A DNA stretch of 64,000 nucleotides from Eledone cirrhosa. Lineage: Eukaryota. Location: contig OZ024742.1 of the NCBI GenBank assembly GCA_964016885.1, forward strand, positions 250,790,001 to 250,854,000, in the 5' to 3' direction. A program made the position numbers and the translations under genes. The notes beneath the pieces were generated by a model. It saw nothing but the letters and a program-made list of their open reading frames with translations. It did not search any database and was not told where the DNA came from. Position 1 is the stretch's first letter. Every line of letters begins with the position of its first letter. Shown here piece by piece: positions 31,501 to 45,495 of this stretch.

Positions 31501-34500
31501 CCACCACAATCACCGACAACACCACCACAATAACCGACAACACCACCACAATCACCGACAACACCACCACAATCACCGACAACACCATCACAATAACCGA
31601 CAACACCACCACAATCACCGACAACACCACCACAATAACCGACAACACCACCACAATCACAGCCAACACCACCACAATAACCGACAACACCATCACAATA
31701 ACCGACAACACCACCACAATAACCGACAACACCACCACAATCACAGCCAACACCACCACAATAACCGCCAACACCACCACAATCACCGACAACACCATCA
31801 CAATAACCGACAACACCACCACAATAACCGACAACACCATCACAATCACCGACAACACCACCACAATAACCGACAACACCACCACAATCACCGACAACAC
31901 CATCACAATAACCGACAACACCACCACAATCACCGACAACACCACCACAATCACCGACAACACCACCACAATAACCGAGAACACCACCACTATCACCGAC
32001 AACACCATCACAATCGCCGACAACACCACCACAATCACCGACAACACCACCACAATAACCGACAACACCACCACAATCACAGACAACACCACCACAATCA
32101 CAGACAACACCACCACAATCACCGACAACACCATCACAATCGCCGACAACACCACCACAATCACCGACAACACCACCACAATAACCGACAACACCACCAC
32201 AATCACCGACAACACCACCACAATCACCGACAACACCACCACAATCACCGACAACACCATCACAATAACCGACAACACCACCACAATAACCGACAACACC
32301 ACCACAATAACCGACAACACCACCACAATCACAGACAACACCACCACAATAACCGACAACACCACCACAATCACCGACAACACCACCACAATAACTGACA
32401 ACACCACATAAATAACCGACAACACCACCACAATAACCGACAACACCACCACAATCACCGACAACACCACCACAATCACCGACAACACCATCACAATAAC
32501 CGACAACACCACCACAATAACCGACAACACCACCACAATAACCGACAACACCACCACAATCACCGACAACACCACCACAATCACCGACAACACCATCACA
32601 ATAACCGACAACACCACCACAATAACCGACAACACCACCACAATAACCGACAACACCACCACAATCACCGACAACACCACCACAATAACCGACAACACCA
32701 CCACAATCACCGACAACACCACCACAATAACCGACAACACCACCACAATCACAGACAACACCACCACAATAACCGACAACACCACCACAATCACCGACAA
32801 CACCACCACAATCACCGACAACACCATCACAATAACCGACAACACCACCACAATAACCGACAACACCACCACAATAACCGACAACACCACCACAATCACA
32901 GACAACACCACCACAATAACCGACAAGACCACCACAATCACCGACAACACCACCACAATAACCGACAACACCACCACAATCACAGACAACACCACCACAA
33001 TAACCGACAACACCACCACAATCACCGACAACACCACCACAATAACCGACAACACCATCACAATAACCGACAACACCACCACAATCACAGACAACACCAC
33101 CACAATAACCGACAACACCACCACAATAACCGACAACACCACCACAATCACCGACAACACCACCACAATAACCGACAACACCACCACAATAACCGACAAC
33201 ACCATCACAATAACCGATAACACCACCACAATCACAGACAACACCACCACAATAACCGACAACACCACCACAATCACCGACAACACCACCACAATAACCG
33301 ACAACACCACCACAATAACCGACAACACCACCACAATCACCGACAACACCACCACAATAACCGACAACACCACCATAATCACCGACAACACCACCACAAT
33401 CCCCGACAACACCACCACAATAACCGACAACACCACCACAATAACCGACAACACCACCACAATCACCGACAACACCACCACAATCACCGACAACACCACT
33501 ACAATAACCGACAACACCACTACAATAACCGACAACACCACCACAATCACCGACAACACTACCACAATCACCGACAACACCATCACAATAACCGACAACA
33601 CCACCACAATCACCGACAACACCACCACAATAACCGACAACACCACCACAATCACAGACAACACCACCACAATAACCGACAACACCACCACAATCACCGA
33701 CAACACCACCACAATAACCGAAAACACCACCACAATCACAGCCAACACCACCACAATAACCGACAACACCACCACAATCACCGACAACACCACCACAATC
33801 ACCGACAACACCACCACAATAACCGACAACACCACCACAATCACCGACAACACCACCACAATCACCGACAACACCATCACAATAACCGACAACACCACCA
33901 CAATAACCGACAACACCACCACAATAACCGACAACACCATCACAATAACCGACAACACCACCACAATCACCGACAACACCACCACAATAACCGACAACAC
34001 CACCACAATCACCGACAACACCACCACAATCACCGACAACACCATCACAATAACCGACAACACCACCACAATCACCGACAACACCACCACAATAACCGAC
34101 AACACCACCACAATAACCGACAACACCACCACAATCACCGACAACACCACCACAATAACCGACAACACCACCACAATAACCGACAACACCACCACAATAA
34201 CCGACATCACCACCACAATAACCGACAACACCACCACAATCACCGACAACACCACCACAATCACCGACAACACCACCACAATAACCGACAACACCACCAC
34301 AATAACCGACAACACCACCACAATAACCGACAACACCACCACAATCACCGACAACACCACCACAATCACCGACAACACCACCACAATCACCGACAACACC
34401 ACCACAATAACCGACAACACCACCACAATCACCGACAACACCACCACAATCACCGACAACACCATCACAATAACCGACAACACCACCACAATCACCGACA

Positions 34501-36671
34501 TCACCACCACAATAACCGACAACACCACCACAATCACAGCCAACACCACCACAATAACCGACAACACCATCACAATAACCGACAACACCACCACAATAAC
34601 CGACAACACCACCACAATCACAGCCAACACCACCACAATCACCGACAACACCACCACAATCACTGACAACACCACCACAATCACCGACAACACCACCACA
34701 ATCACCGACAACACCATCACAATAACCGACAACACCACCACAATAACCGACAACACCACCACAATCACCGACAACACCACCACAATAACCGACAACACCA
34801 CCACAATCACAGACAACACCACCACAATCACAGACAACACCACCACAATAACCGACAACACCACCACAATCACCGACAACACCACCACAATAACCGACAA
34901 CACCACCACAATAACCGACAACACCACCACAACCACCGACAACACCACCACAATAACCGACAACACCACCACAATAACCGACAACACCACCACAATAACC
35001 GACAACACCACCACAATAACCGACAACACCACCACAATAACCGACAACACCACCACAATAACCGACAACACCACCACAATCACCGACAACACCACCACAA
35101 TAACCGACAACACCACCACAATCACCGACAACACCATCACAATAACCGACAACACCACCACAATCACCGACAACACCACCACAATAACCGACAACACCAC
35201 CACAATAACCGACAACACCACCACAATAACCGACAACACCACCACAATCACCGACAACACCACCACAATAACCGACAACACCACCACAATAACCGACAAC
35301 ACCACCACAATCACCGACAACACCACCACAATCACAGCCAACACCACCACAATAACCGACAACACCACCACAATCACCGACAACACCACCACAATCACAG
35401 CCAACACCACCACAATAACCGACAACACCATCACAATAACCGATAACACCACCACAATCACCGACAACACCACCACAATAACCGACAACACCACCACAAT
35501 CACCGACAACACCACCACAATCACAGACAACACCACCACAATCACCGACAACACCACCACAATAACCGACAACACCACCACAATAACCGACAACACCACC
35601 ACAATAACCGACAACTCCACCACAATAACCGACAACACCACCACAATAACCGACAACACCATCACAATCACCGACAACACCATCACAATCACTGACAACA
35701 CCATCACAATCACTGACAACACCACCACAATCACCGACAACACCACCACAATAACCGACAACACAACCACAATCACAGCCAACACCACCACAATCACCGA
35801 CAACACCATCACAATAACCGACAACACCACCACAATCACCGACAACACCACCACAATAACCGACAACACCACCACAATAACCGACAACACCACCACAATA
35901 ACCGACAACACCACCACAATCACAGACAACACCACCACAATAACCGACAACACCACCACAATAACCGACAACACCACCACAATCACCGACAACACCACCA
36001 CAATAACCGACACCACCACAATAACCGACAACACCACCACAATCACAGACAACACCACCACAATAACCGACAACACCATCACAATGACAGACAACACCAC
36101 CACAATAACCGACAACACCATCACAATCACCGACAACACCATCACAATCACTGACAACACCATCACAATCACTGACAACACCACCACAATAACCGACAAC
36201 ACCACCACAATAACTGACAACACCACCACCAACAATACCATCACAATCACCGACAACACCATCACAATCACCGACAACACCACCACACTCACCGACAACA
36301 CCACCGACAACACCACCACAATCACTGACAACACAACCACCAACAACACCATCACAATAACCGACAACACCATCACAATCACCGACAACACAACCACCAT
36401 AACCGACAACACCATCACAATAACCGACAACACAACCACCAACACCACCATCACCACCATCACCACCACAATCATCGACAATACTATCACAATCACTGAC
36501 AACAGCACCAGCAACATCACCACCACCACAATAATCAACAACACCATTACATTCATCAACAACAGCACCAATACCATCATCAACAACACCATCATCATAA
36601 TCAACACCACCACTACCATTGACACCATCAGCCACCAGCACCACCACCAACAGCAGCATCACAATCACTAA
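13551..36671 (+). CDS. Putative giant Thr-rich mucin-like exon (TDNTTTI)n with one in-frame TAA at 32409-32411; coding status unproven
   Basis: ORFs 13551-32411 and 36084-36671 share a frame. Internal indels (-9 at about 28940, -3 at about 36012) are in frame, and the dominant variants are synonymous. Against: no in-frame ATG before 36084, no signal peptide, and other frames are also largely open. Confidence 0.4.
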
Positions 36672-36800
36672 CTAAAGACTGCCACCAACAACACCATCAC
36701 AACCATCACCAACAACAACAACAACTATTCTACAATCACCATCATCTATAACACCACCACTTGTAATAACCCAACCACTAGCACCACTGACCATAACAAC
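13560..36800. repeat. Giant 21-bp tandem array (ACCGACAACACCACCACAAT[A/C])n, about 1,070 canonical units at 13713-36230, with degenerate triplet edges
   Basis: Direct reading. Marker variants recur at exact multiples of 21 bp (2079, 5397, 7476). Confidence 0.99.
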
Positions 36801-36857
36801 TCCAAAAATCGAGATCACTCTGAGAGTCCTTCTCCTTATTACAAGGATAGTTTATGG

Positions 36858-37021
36858 CAGGCATGTTAAACATGCGTCTCGCGAGCCGCATACAGCCCGC
36901 ACAAGGTTTTTACAGCACAAGCATGTTTTATTTTCGTAATATAAAATAAAAAAGTATGTTGTAATGTGTGCTATTAGTTGTCATGTGCAGCCCTCAGGGG
37001 ACCTTCAGTTTGACATGCCTG
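36858..37021. mobile_element. hAT (Buster/Charlie-type) MITE
   Basis: TIRs caggcatgttaaac and gtttgacatgcctg, with a perfect 8-bp TSD gtttatgg. Confidence 0.92.
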
Positions 37022-37124
37022 GTTTATGGTTTATTTCAAGCACATAGAGGCCCAAAGTTATAGAAAAGAATATACAGGAAGTGGATCTGACAAAGAGGAA
37101 GTGGGTTTGTTTATAGCAATTATA

Positions 37125-37875
37125 GAGTGCGATGGTGGTGGTGGTGGTGGTGTTATAGTGGCAACAGTGGTGTAATGGTGGTAGAGGTGGTGTAATAGTA
37201 GTGGTGGTTGTGTAATAGTGGTAGTGGTGTTATGGTGGTGCTGAAGTGGTAGTGTAATGATGGTGGTGGCAATAGTGATGGTAGCCAACTGTAGTGGTGT
37301 AATGGTGATAGTTTAATAATGGTGGTAGTGATGTTATTGTGGTGCTGTAGTGGTGGCAGTGTAGCTGTGGTTGTAATAGTGGTATAACAGTGGTGGTTTA
37401 ATAATCGTGGTAAAGCTAATAATGGTGGACATGGTATTATTGTGGTGCTGAGTGATAGTGGTGTCGGTGGCCTAATATAGTAGTGGTGGTGGTGTAGCTG
37501 TAGTCAAAGAAGTGGTATAATGGTGGTAGAGCTGATAATGGTATTATTATGGCGCTGTAGTGATGGTGGTGTCGGTGGCCTAATGTAGTGGTGGTGGCAT
37601 AGCTATGGTTGAAGTAGTGCAAGTGTAATGGTGACGTTGGTGTTGGCAGTAGTAGGGTGTGGTAATGGTGTATATATTGTAGTTGAAGCGTGTGTAATAG
37701 CTGTGGTGGTTGTGGTGTAGTGGTGAAAGCTGTGGCAGTGGTGGCAATCAATAGTATAATGGTAGTAGGAACACTATCAATGGTACAGTAATAATTATAA
37801 CGTTGATGGTATAGAGAAAGTAGTATAGGAGGTGGTACCAGTGGTATCAATAGTATGGTACCAATTATATCAGTG
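37125..37875. repeat. GGT/TAG/TGG degenerate triplet low-complexity tract
   Basis: Direct reading, including an internal duplication of gtggtgtcggtggcctaat. Confidence 0.85.
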
Positions 37876-38320
37876 GTATGATGTCAATAGTAGTTTGAAA
37901 TAGAAGAGACAGTCATTGTGAGAGAATGTGACATTTTTAGTGAGGAAGTTGTCTACTGTTTACTGAAACATCAAATACTGACTACTACCACTACTACTGG
38001 TAAATACTACTACTAGTAATGACTACTACTACTACTACTGTCTACAACCCAGTAATGACTGGAACTACTAATGACGCCACCGCCACCACTACCACTACAA
38101 CTACTACTGACTGAAATAAATACCTTAGTACAAAGGTTGATATATTCAACTAAAATCACTCGAAGCATGGCCACAGCAAAAGAATATCAGAAACCAGTGA
38201 AAGAATATCGATAACTGCTTTCACCAATCTATCCGTAGTGCTTAACAGACGTTCTAGCCATAACCATCCCATCTTTTTAGCAGTATGTTAATGGTCTGTG
38301 ATTTGATATATCCATTTGGA

Positions 38321-38660
38321 GGCACATGGCTTAGTAGTTAGAGCATTGGCCTTGCAATCGAAAGGTTGTGAGTTCAATTCTCAGACCGGGTGATGTGTTG
38401 TTTCCTTGAGCAAGACACTTTATTTCACATTGCTCCAGTTTACTCAGCTGTAGAAATGAGATGATAGGGACTGGGGTCCCTATGATTCCACTGCAAAGTG
38501 GTCGTGGAGGTGCCACGGCAAAAAAGAACCCAGCACTCACTGTAATGAGGTTGGTGTTAGGAAGGGCATCCAGCTGTAGAAATCAAGCCAGAATCAGTTC
38601 CCGTCCCACCCTTGCAAGCAGGGAAAAGCGGACGTAAAATGAAATGATGATGATGATGAT
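38321..38660 (+). mobile_element. tRNA-derived SINE family B
   Basis: Head nearly identical to 5192, with a (GAT)n tail. Confidence 0.85.
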
Positions 38661-39954
38661 TTCTTTTTCCTAAGGTGCGATTTGAGAGAGATTTGGCTAC
38701 TATTTCTAGCAGGTTTGTTAATGCATAGAGTCACCCTTGCTGGATTTAAGTGGTAGATGGTCACAGATCCGAGGGGGTAACAGCAGTCGAATGTGTCCTC
38801 TTTTTCATGACATTAAGGTATGATTTAAGGGAGACTTGGCTGCTACTCCTAGCAGGTCAAGTGACCCCATAGAAGCTCTCTTGCCTGCTTTTTGTGACAT
38901 TTGGCCACAGATTCTGTTGGTTACCACTACAGAGGGAGGGAGGGAGGGAGGGGGTAGGTAGGGAGTTTCTTCCACCTCCACTTTCCTTACATAGAAGTAA
39001 CCACTCACATTTGGCATTTCCACTTCCTAACCTTGCCGCATACATTATTTCAAAGGTTACACAGCGGAAATCTATGTCAGTGTTGTTATGGCAATACCAA
39101 CCCAGTGACCCAGTTTCAATTCCTGCCTGGAGCTACTTCAATTCCATCATATCACTGTTCCATTAACACCACAAGTTAGGTCTCATTTATCTAGAGTTAA
39201 TAGAACCAGATGGGAAAGTGGTAGAAACATTAGAAGAATGGATAGAATGTTACTTAGTAATTGCTACAGCTTTTTGCACTCTTATTTCAAATCCCAGCAA
39301 GGTCAATTTGCCTTTCATTCTTTCAAGGTTGAAAATAAAATACCAGTCCAGCAATGGAGTTGATTCTTCCTCTATAGCTCTTTCTCTGGAAAATATAAGC
39401 TGTGTTCAGAACTAAATAGGAATGGGCTCGACCAGACTTAAATGCCCAATATATAGCATATGCCACTACAGCACCCCTACAATTCAATAAGGAGATATGG
39501 ACCCATGACATAATAAAACTAATCAGTCACTCATGGTGGAATTATTAAAGCATCAAATATGATAGTTTTCAGTATCTGTTCTGGATCTTAACATTCTGAG
39601 TTCAAATTCTGTCTCATCTCATTGGCCTACTTAATAGGAAAACAAGACCATTAGAATCCAGCTAACTGTAACAGACCTACAATATCAAATGGGGTAACAT
39701 CAACTGGAACAAAATCTTGGTCACATCAATAATTGCTTTCATATCAAGACCCCACGCCAGTGGTTGTGAAGGGAACCTCAGCTCAGGCCATGAAAACATG
39801 TTACTGTTTTTTGTTTTTTTTCCATTGCTGATACTATCTGTTGGTCACAATTCCTGACAGAAGTAGATGGTAAAACACAGAACAAGAACCACTACCACAA
39901 AACATTCCCTCCAATTCCACCAATCAATTAGACAATATGCCCCCACACCCTCCA

Positions 39955-40214
39955 CTGCAAGGTGGTGGTGGAGGTGCCACCACAAAAAAGCACCCAGCCC
40001 ACACTGTAAAGTGGACGTGTAGGCGCCACGGAAAAGCACCCAACACTCACTGTAAATGAGGTTGGTGTTAGGAAGGGCATCCAGCTGTAGAAATCAAGCC
40101 AAATCAGTTCCTGTATGAGCAAGGCATGGTCAGCCGACCAGACACTGCCCACAACAGGACAACCCGTCTAACCCATGCTAGCGTGGAAGAACGGACGTAA
40201 AACGGTGATGATGA
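39955..40214 (+). mobile_element. SINE family B, 5'-truncated
   Basis: Matches 5340-5588. Confidence 0.8.
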
Positions 40215-40322
40215 ATTACCCCAGGACAAGCACTTTATAGACCCCAAAAAAAACAAAGGGCAAAGTTAAGCCCAGTGGAATTTGAATTAATAAAGCAAGG
40301 AGCTAATACAAATACTGAGGCA

Positions 40323-40805
40323 TCTATATATATATAAAACTGTTGTTGTCTATGTGTGTGTGTGTGTGTGTGTTTCCTCATTTTTGCAAAGTCTATACAA
40401 ATCCACATTTCTACTCCGATTGACTTCAAACTTGCATTTATATATTCCTTGCGATCTAAAGATACTAACTGCAGCTTTTATTTTTCAATTTTCTGTTGTT
40501 AAAAGGGTGTTAGGCGTCAGTTATCGATCTGTCAAGCCCTTATAATATCTGTCTGTAAGTCTGGCTGTCTGCATAACGACATTCTGACGAACACGTCATT
40601 GCTGACGTATTATCTTCGCTACATTCACACACACACATACATACAAACACATAAACACATATATAGATATACACATATAAATATACACACAAAAATATAT
40701 GTATATATACACGTACACATATATATATATATATAAATACATACATACACACACACATATATATTTATATGCATACATACACCCACACATATATATATAT
40801 GTATC

Positions 40806-40837
<32 letters not shown>

Positions 40838-42012
40838 CAGATACATTGTAGGTCGCTTTAACCCATCTTTTATTATTCAAAAAACTTCTTGCCAATAAAC
40901 ATTAACCCTTCGTGCGCCATTCAGACCAACAAATACCAAATAAACGGAGCTTTGACAAGAACGATAGTGAATGAATCTTTGAGGTAAACAGTTCACGCGG
41001 GATTCTCTACTACACCTTTTCGTAATAATACCAAACAACGTACTGCTGGTCACTCCTTCCTCCAAAAGCCGTACAAAGCATCTCTCTCTCTATATATATA
41101 TATGTTATAAGAACAGATTAAAGTTTAAGCAAAGAATTGCTGCTTTCAACATTAACGGGATCTTCTGAAACTAAAAGGTTTAATCTGAAGTAAATATTTT
41201 GAGAAACGTTGCAACCGAAGGAAAACAAAAAGACGATATTTTGGTTCGTGAAGACGTTCCCTGGTAATGAAAGGAAAAAAAGCGAGGATAATACGTCGTT
41301 ATGTGGACCGAGAAGAACAATTTATTTCATGCAAAGACAAGACCAAGTTTATGGTATAAATGGAGTCGTTAGACTAATAATTTATTTAAAATAACCGAAT
41401 GATTTCCAGCCCCGGAGTTTAAGAATGATGTAAATAAAATTGAAAACGAAAATGACAGAGATTATTAAAATAGTAAAAGTATATAGTGAAGATTTAGGCC
41501 AGTACATACGTATGCGCCAATGGACATACACATACATATACATACGCACACACAAATACTTACACGCACGCGCGTGTGTATAAACCTTATGCATTTCTAC
41601 AGTATTTTCACCAAACTTAAGACATAGGTTACTTATGTACTCCGGATTGTCATGGGCACTTTCATTTTTCCAGATATTGATTATAGGGCCTCCCGGCAGA
41701 TAACCCCCTTCAACCGCCTCCTTGGAGTCGAGTGAAGAACTGCAGTGCAATGCAAAAAAAAACGTCATAACTTCTGGAGTTCGCAACCGATTTTCACAAA
41801 ACTTGACACATGGGCTACGTTTGTTCTACAGATGAATGTGAACTCTCAGAATTGGCACATATTGAGTAGGGGACCCCTGGGGGCAGGAACCTCCTTTTGG
41901 AAAAAGCCGATGATTTTGTAAAAGTATAGTTTTCAAAGCAGCACTGAAGTATTGACATAAATGGTACATAACTGCTATTTAATACCCGAGCAATGCAGGG
42001 TACCTCTGCTAG
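40323..42012 (+). mobile_element. Non-autonomous Helitron-like element
   Basis: The 5' end is A|TCTATATATATATAAAA. The 3' end is an acccgagcaatgcagggt hairpin followed by CTAG|T. There is no TSD, and the flanks rejoin as a diverged SINE-A. Confidence 0.65.
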
Positions 42013-42094
42013 TATACAATAATTTGATGCACTAACAACTTTGCCAATTCAAAGCCCATAAACAAGCACCAAAATAGCAGCAGCCTTCATAGAC

Positions 42095-42770
42095 ATAGGA
42101 GTATAGTGTAACAGTGACACACTGGAATATAGTGTAACAGAAATGGTGTTACAACAGTATGACACACAGAAGTATAGTGTAACAGAGATAGTCTTACAAT
42201 AGTATGACACACTGGAATATAGTGTAACAGATGCTGTTACAATAGTATGACACTTTATTATAGTGTAACAGAGATGGTGTTACAATAGTGTGGCACACTT
42301 TATTATAGTGTAACAGAGATGGTGTTACAATAGTATGACACTATTATAGTGTAAGAGATGGTGTTACAACAGTGTGACACATCAGACTATTGTGTAACAG
42401 ATATGGTGTTCCAACAGTATGACACACTCTACTGCATTGAAACAGAGTGGTGTTACAACAGTGACACACCAGACTATAGTATAACAGAGATGGTGTTACA
42501 ACAGTATGACACACTACTATATTGAAACAGGGGTGGTGTTACAATAGTATGACACACTTGACTATAGAGTGACAGGAATGGTGTTACAACAGTATGACAC
42601 CAGACTATAGTGTAACAGATGATGTTACAATAGTATGACACACACTCTACTATATTGAAACAGGGGTGGTGTTACAACAGTATGACACACTGGGTTATAG
42701 AGTAACAGAAATGGTGTTACAACAGTATGAAACACTGGATTATAGTGTAACAGAGATGATGTTACAACAG
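42095..42770. repeat. Degenerate ~43-bp minisatellite, about 16 copies
   Basis: Unit approximately tatagtgtaacagagatggtgttacaatagtatgacacac, with an internal inverted repeat tgtaaca/tgttaca. Confidence 0.9.
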
Positions 42771-43047
42771 GTAACGCAGGAGGAGTATGGTGACACTAAA
42801 CATTGAACCAAGTAGTGCCTCTGGGAAATCAATGGAAATGATCCGAAATTGCCAATTCTAATGGGTCAGGTTGCTTATTTGGGTCATTTTTGTTTTGTTT
42901 TTTACTCTCAATAAGGAAATGATATTTTACACACCCTCCCTCCCAACATATCACTTTCTTTCTCTTTTGCACTTACACATTTACATACAGAGGCAAATAC
43001 ACACAAAGATACATAGACACACTCTTCTTTCCAACACATCTCTCTCC

Positions 43048-43092
<45 letters not shown>

Positions 43093-43664
43093 TATATATA
43101 TATATCTATCTCTCTCACACACACATATACACAGATACAGGCACACACATAAATGTGGTATACCATTTCCTTAAGACTAGATCAAAGAAAATGGTTTATT
43201 ACTGACTGCTGGAAAGAGGAGGTGGCAGTGGAGGAGGGGGTTGAGAGGGGAGAAGGAGAAGGTAAATGAGGTTAGATTTAATGAGAAATCATCATCATAA
43301 TAATTAACATCACATAGTGCACAGACCTCAGAGAAACACATTACTGAACCTTGAAGGATCACAGTTTTACTCAAATTTGTATATTTAAGTTAAATATATA
43401 ATTTCCTGCAATCAATGAATAAAATCACTAAATAACTTTGCCACATAGAACCATTGTGGAAAGATCTAAAACAGTTGAGAGGGTTGTATGGTGTTTTAAC
43501 CAGCCATCGGATTTTGCATGCATAAGGGTGAACTGTGTAGTGAAAAACACAGGCACTCTAATTTGTATGGTCAAAGCAAGACGTTTCAAAAACTAGGTTT
43601 GTCAGCTTATCAAATTCTAAATTTAAAATATTACATTTGTGAGAATGGAGCTAACATTGTAGAT

Positions 43665-44505
43665 CTATCTTAGGGCACTAATTACCCAGGCACACATGGT
43701 AAAACTATCCTAGGGTGCTAAATACCCAGGCACACACGGTAAAACTATCCTAGGGTGCTAAATACCAGGTACACATGGTAGGACTATCCTAGGGTGCTAA
43801 ATACCAGGTACACATGGTAGGACTAGCCTAGGGTACAAAATACCAGGGACACATTGTAGGACTAGCCTAGGGTCTAAATACCCAGGTACACATGGTAGGA
43901 CTAACCTACAGCGCTAAATACCTAGGCACACAGGGTTTGACTAGCCTAGGGCACTAAATATCTAGACACACATAGAACTAGCTTAAGGCACTAAATATCC
44001 AGGCACACATTGTAGAGCTCTCCCAGGGTACTAAATATCCAGACACACATTGTAGAGCTAGCCCAGGGTACTAAATATCCAGACACACATTGTAGAGCTA
44101 GCCCAGGATATACTAAATATCCAGACACACATTGTAGAGCTATCCCAGGGTACTAAATATCCAGACACACATTGTAGAGCTATCCCAGGGTACTAAATAT
44201 CCAGACACACATTGTAGAGGTAGCCCAGGGTTCTAAATATCCAGACACACATTGTAGAGCTAGCCCAGGGTACTAAATATCCAGACACACATTGTAGAGC
44301 TAGCCCAGGGTACTAAATATCCAGACACACATTGTAGAGCTATCCCAGGATATACTAAATATCCAGACACACATTGTAGAGCTAGCCCAGGGTACTAAAT
44401 ATCCAGACACACATTGTAGAGGTAGCCCAGGGTACTAAATATCCAGACACACATTGTAGAGGTAGCCCAGGGTATTAAATATCCAGACACACATTCTAGT
44501 GCTAG
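43665..44505. repeat. ~40-bp minisatellite, about 21 copies
   Basis: Unit gcccagggtactaaatatccagacacacattgtagagcta. The left half is diverged and the right half is homogeneous. Confidence 0.92.
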
Positions 44506-45464
44506 CATAGGATGCAAATATTTAGGTACTGGGTTAATTAGAATCATTAACATGATTACCTTTTCAGCCATCCAAGAGTCAATAACAAAGAGTACAAATA
44601 AAACACTGGATTCAATATTAAAAAAATGGTAAAGGCCATAAAAATGATGGAGTCAAAGGAGTGCTGTCCTGACTACAGCAGGTCTTAGGCATTTTAAACT
44701 TAGGAGATTTTATCCCCTCTCCAAGTCTGAAAACAGCTGGTGGGAGAGAGTGGGAGAGATCCATTCCACTATTTGGACAGGAACTTGAAACAGTGAATGG
44801 CAAAGTTGACCTCGGCAACCTTTGAACTCAGAGAGCAGTGAGCCACAGGAAATATTAATCCAGTGCCCTAACTACTGTCAATTCACTGCTTTAGGGTCAA
44901 CATAATGTATTTATATTACATGTGAATGTAATTATAATAGCAGAAGACACCATCATATTAATAATGGTAACGTGGGAGCTCATACGTGGTCACTTGTCTT
45001 GCTAGAAATAGCAGTTAAATTCTCTTAAGTCCCATCCTATCGTCTTAAAGAAAGGCACATTGATCACTGTAGTCCTAGATATACAAATAGATGTTGTCGT
45101 CATGACTGAACTGCCTCGATCTTAAAACCTGTTAAACCATGTCTAACCTAAGGCGAAACGAAGACAACTCGCCATACACTGAAGTTGATATATATATATA
45201 TATTTACATAAATTTTTATATGTAACTGCTAATACACACACACACACACACATATATGTATGTCTACATTCTTTATTTTCTATGTTTTTCTTTACTTGGA
45301 CCTCCTTTATTTCTTTTTCTCCTTTGTGATCCTGTCTCTATTTTGTACTCCTGAAGAAGGACTTAAGCCTGACATGTCCAACTTTATTTCCTCTTTTCCA
45401 TATAAAGCAAGAAACTAATAAGACGTTTTGTACCTCTGTTTGTTGTCTCCTTGAACTGTCTGAT

Positions 45465-45495
<31 letters not shown>

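Noticed and set aside
13713-36230. Telomeric repeat array
   Set aside because: The unit is not TTAGGG-like and the array is flanked on both sides by ordinary interspersed repeats.
13544-36668. Giant - strand ORFs (VIVVVLS)n and (CGGVVG[D/Y])n
   Set aside because: They are antisense shadows of a stop-free 21-mer. Poly-hydrophobic VIVVVLS is implausible as a protein, and the commonest variant is non-conservative (D/Y) in the Gly/Cys frame.
40877-41065. ORF ending NVYWQEVF, resembling a Helitron helicase C-terminus
   Set aside because: It lacks the preceding helicase motif VI, lies antisense to the inferred element, and is too short.
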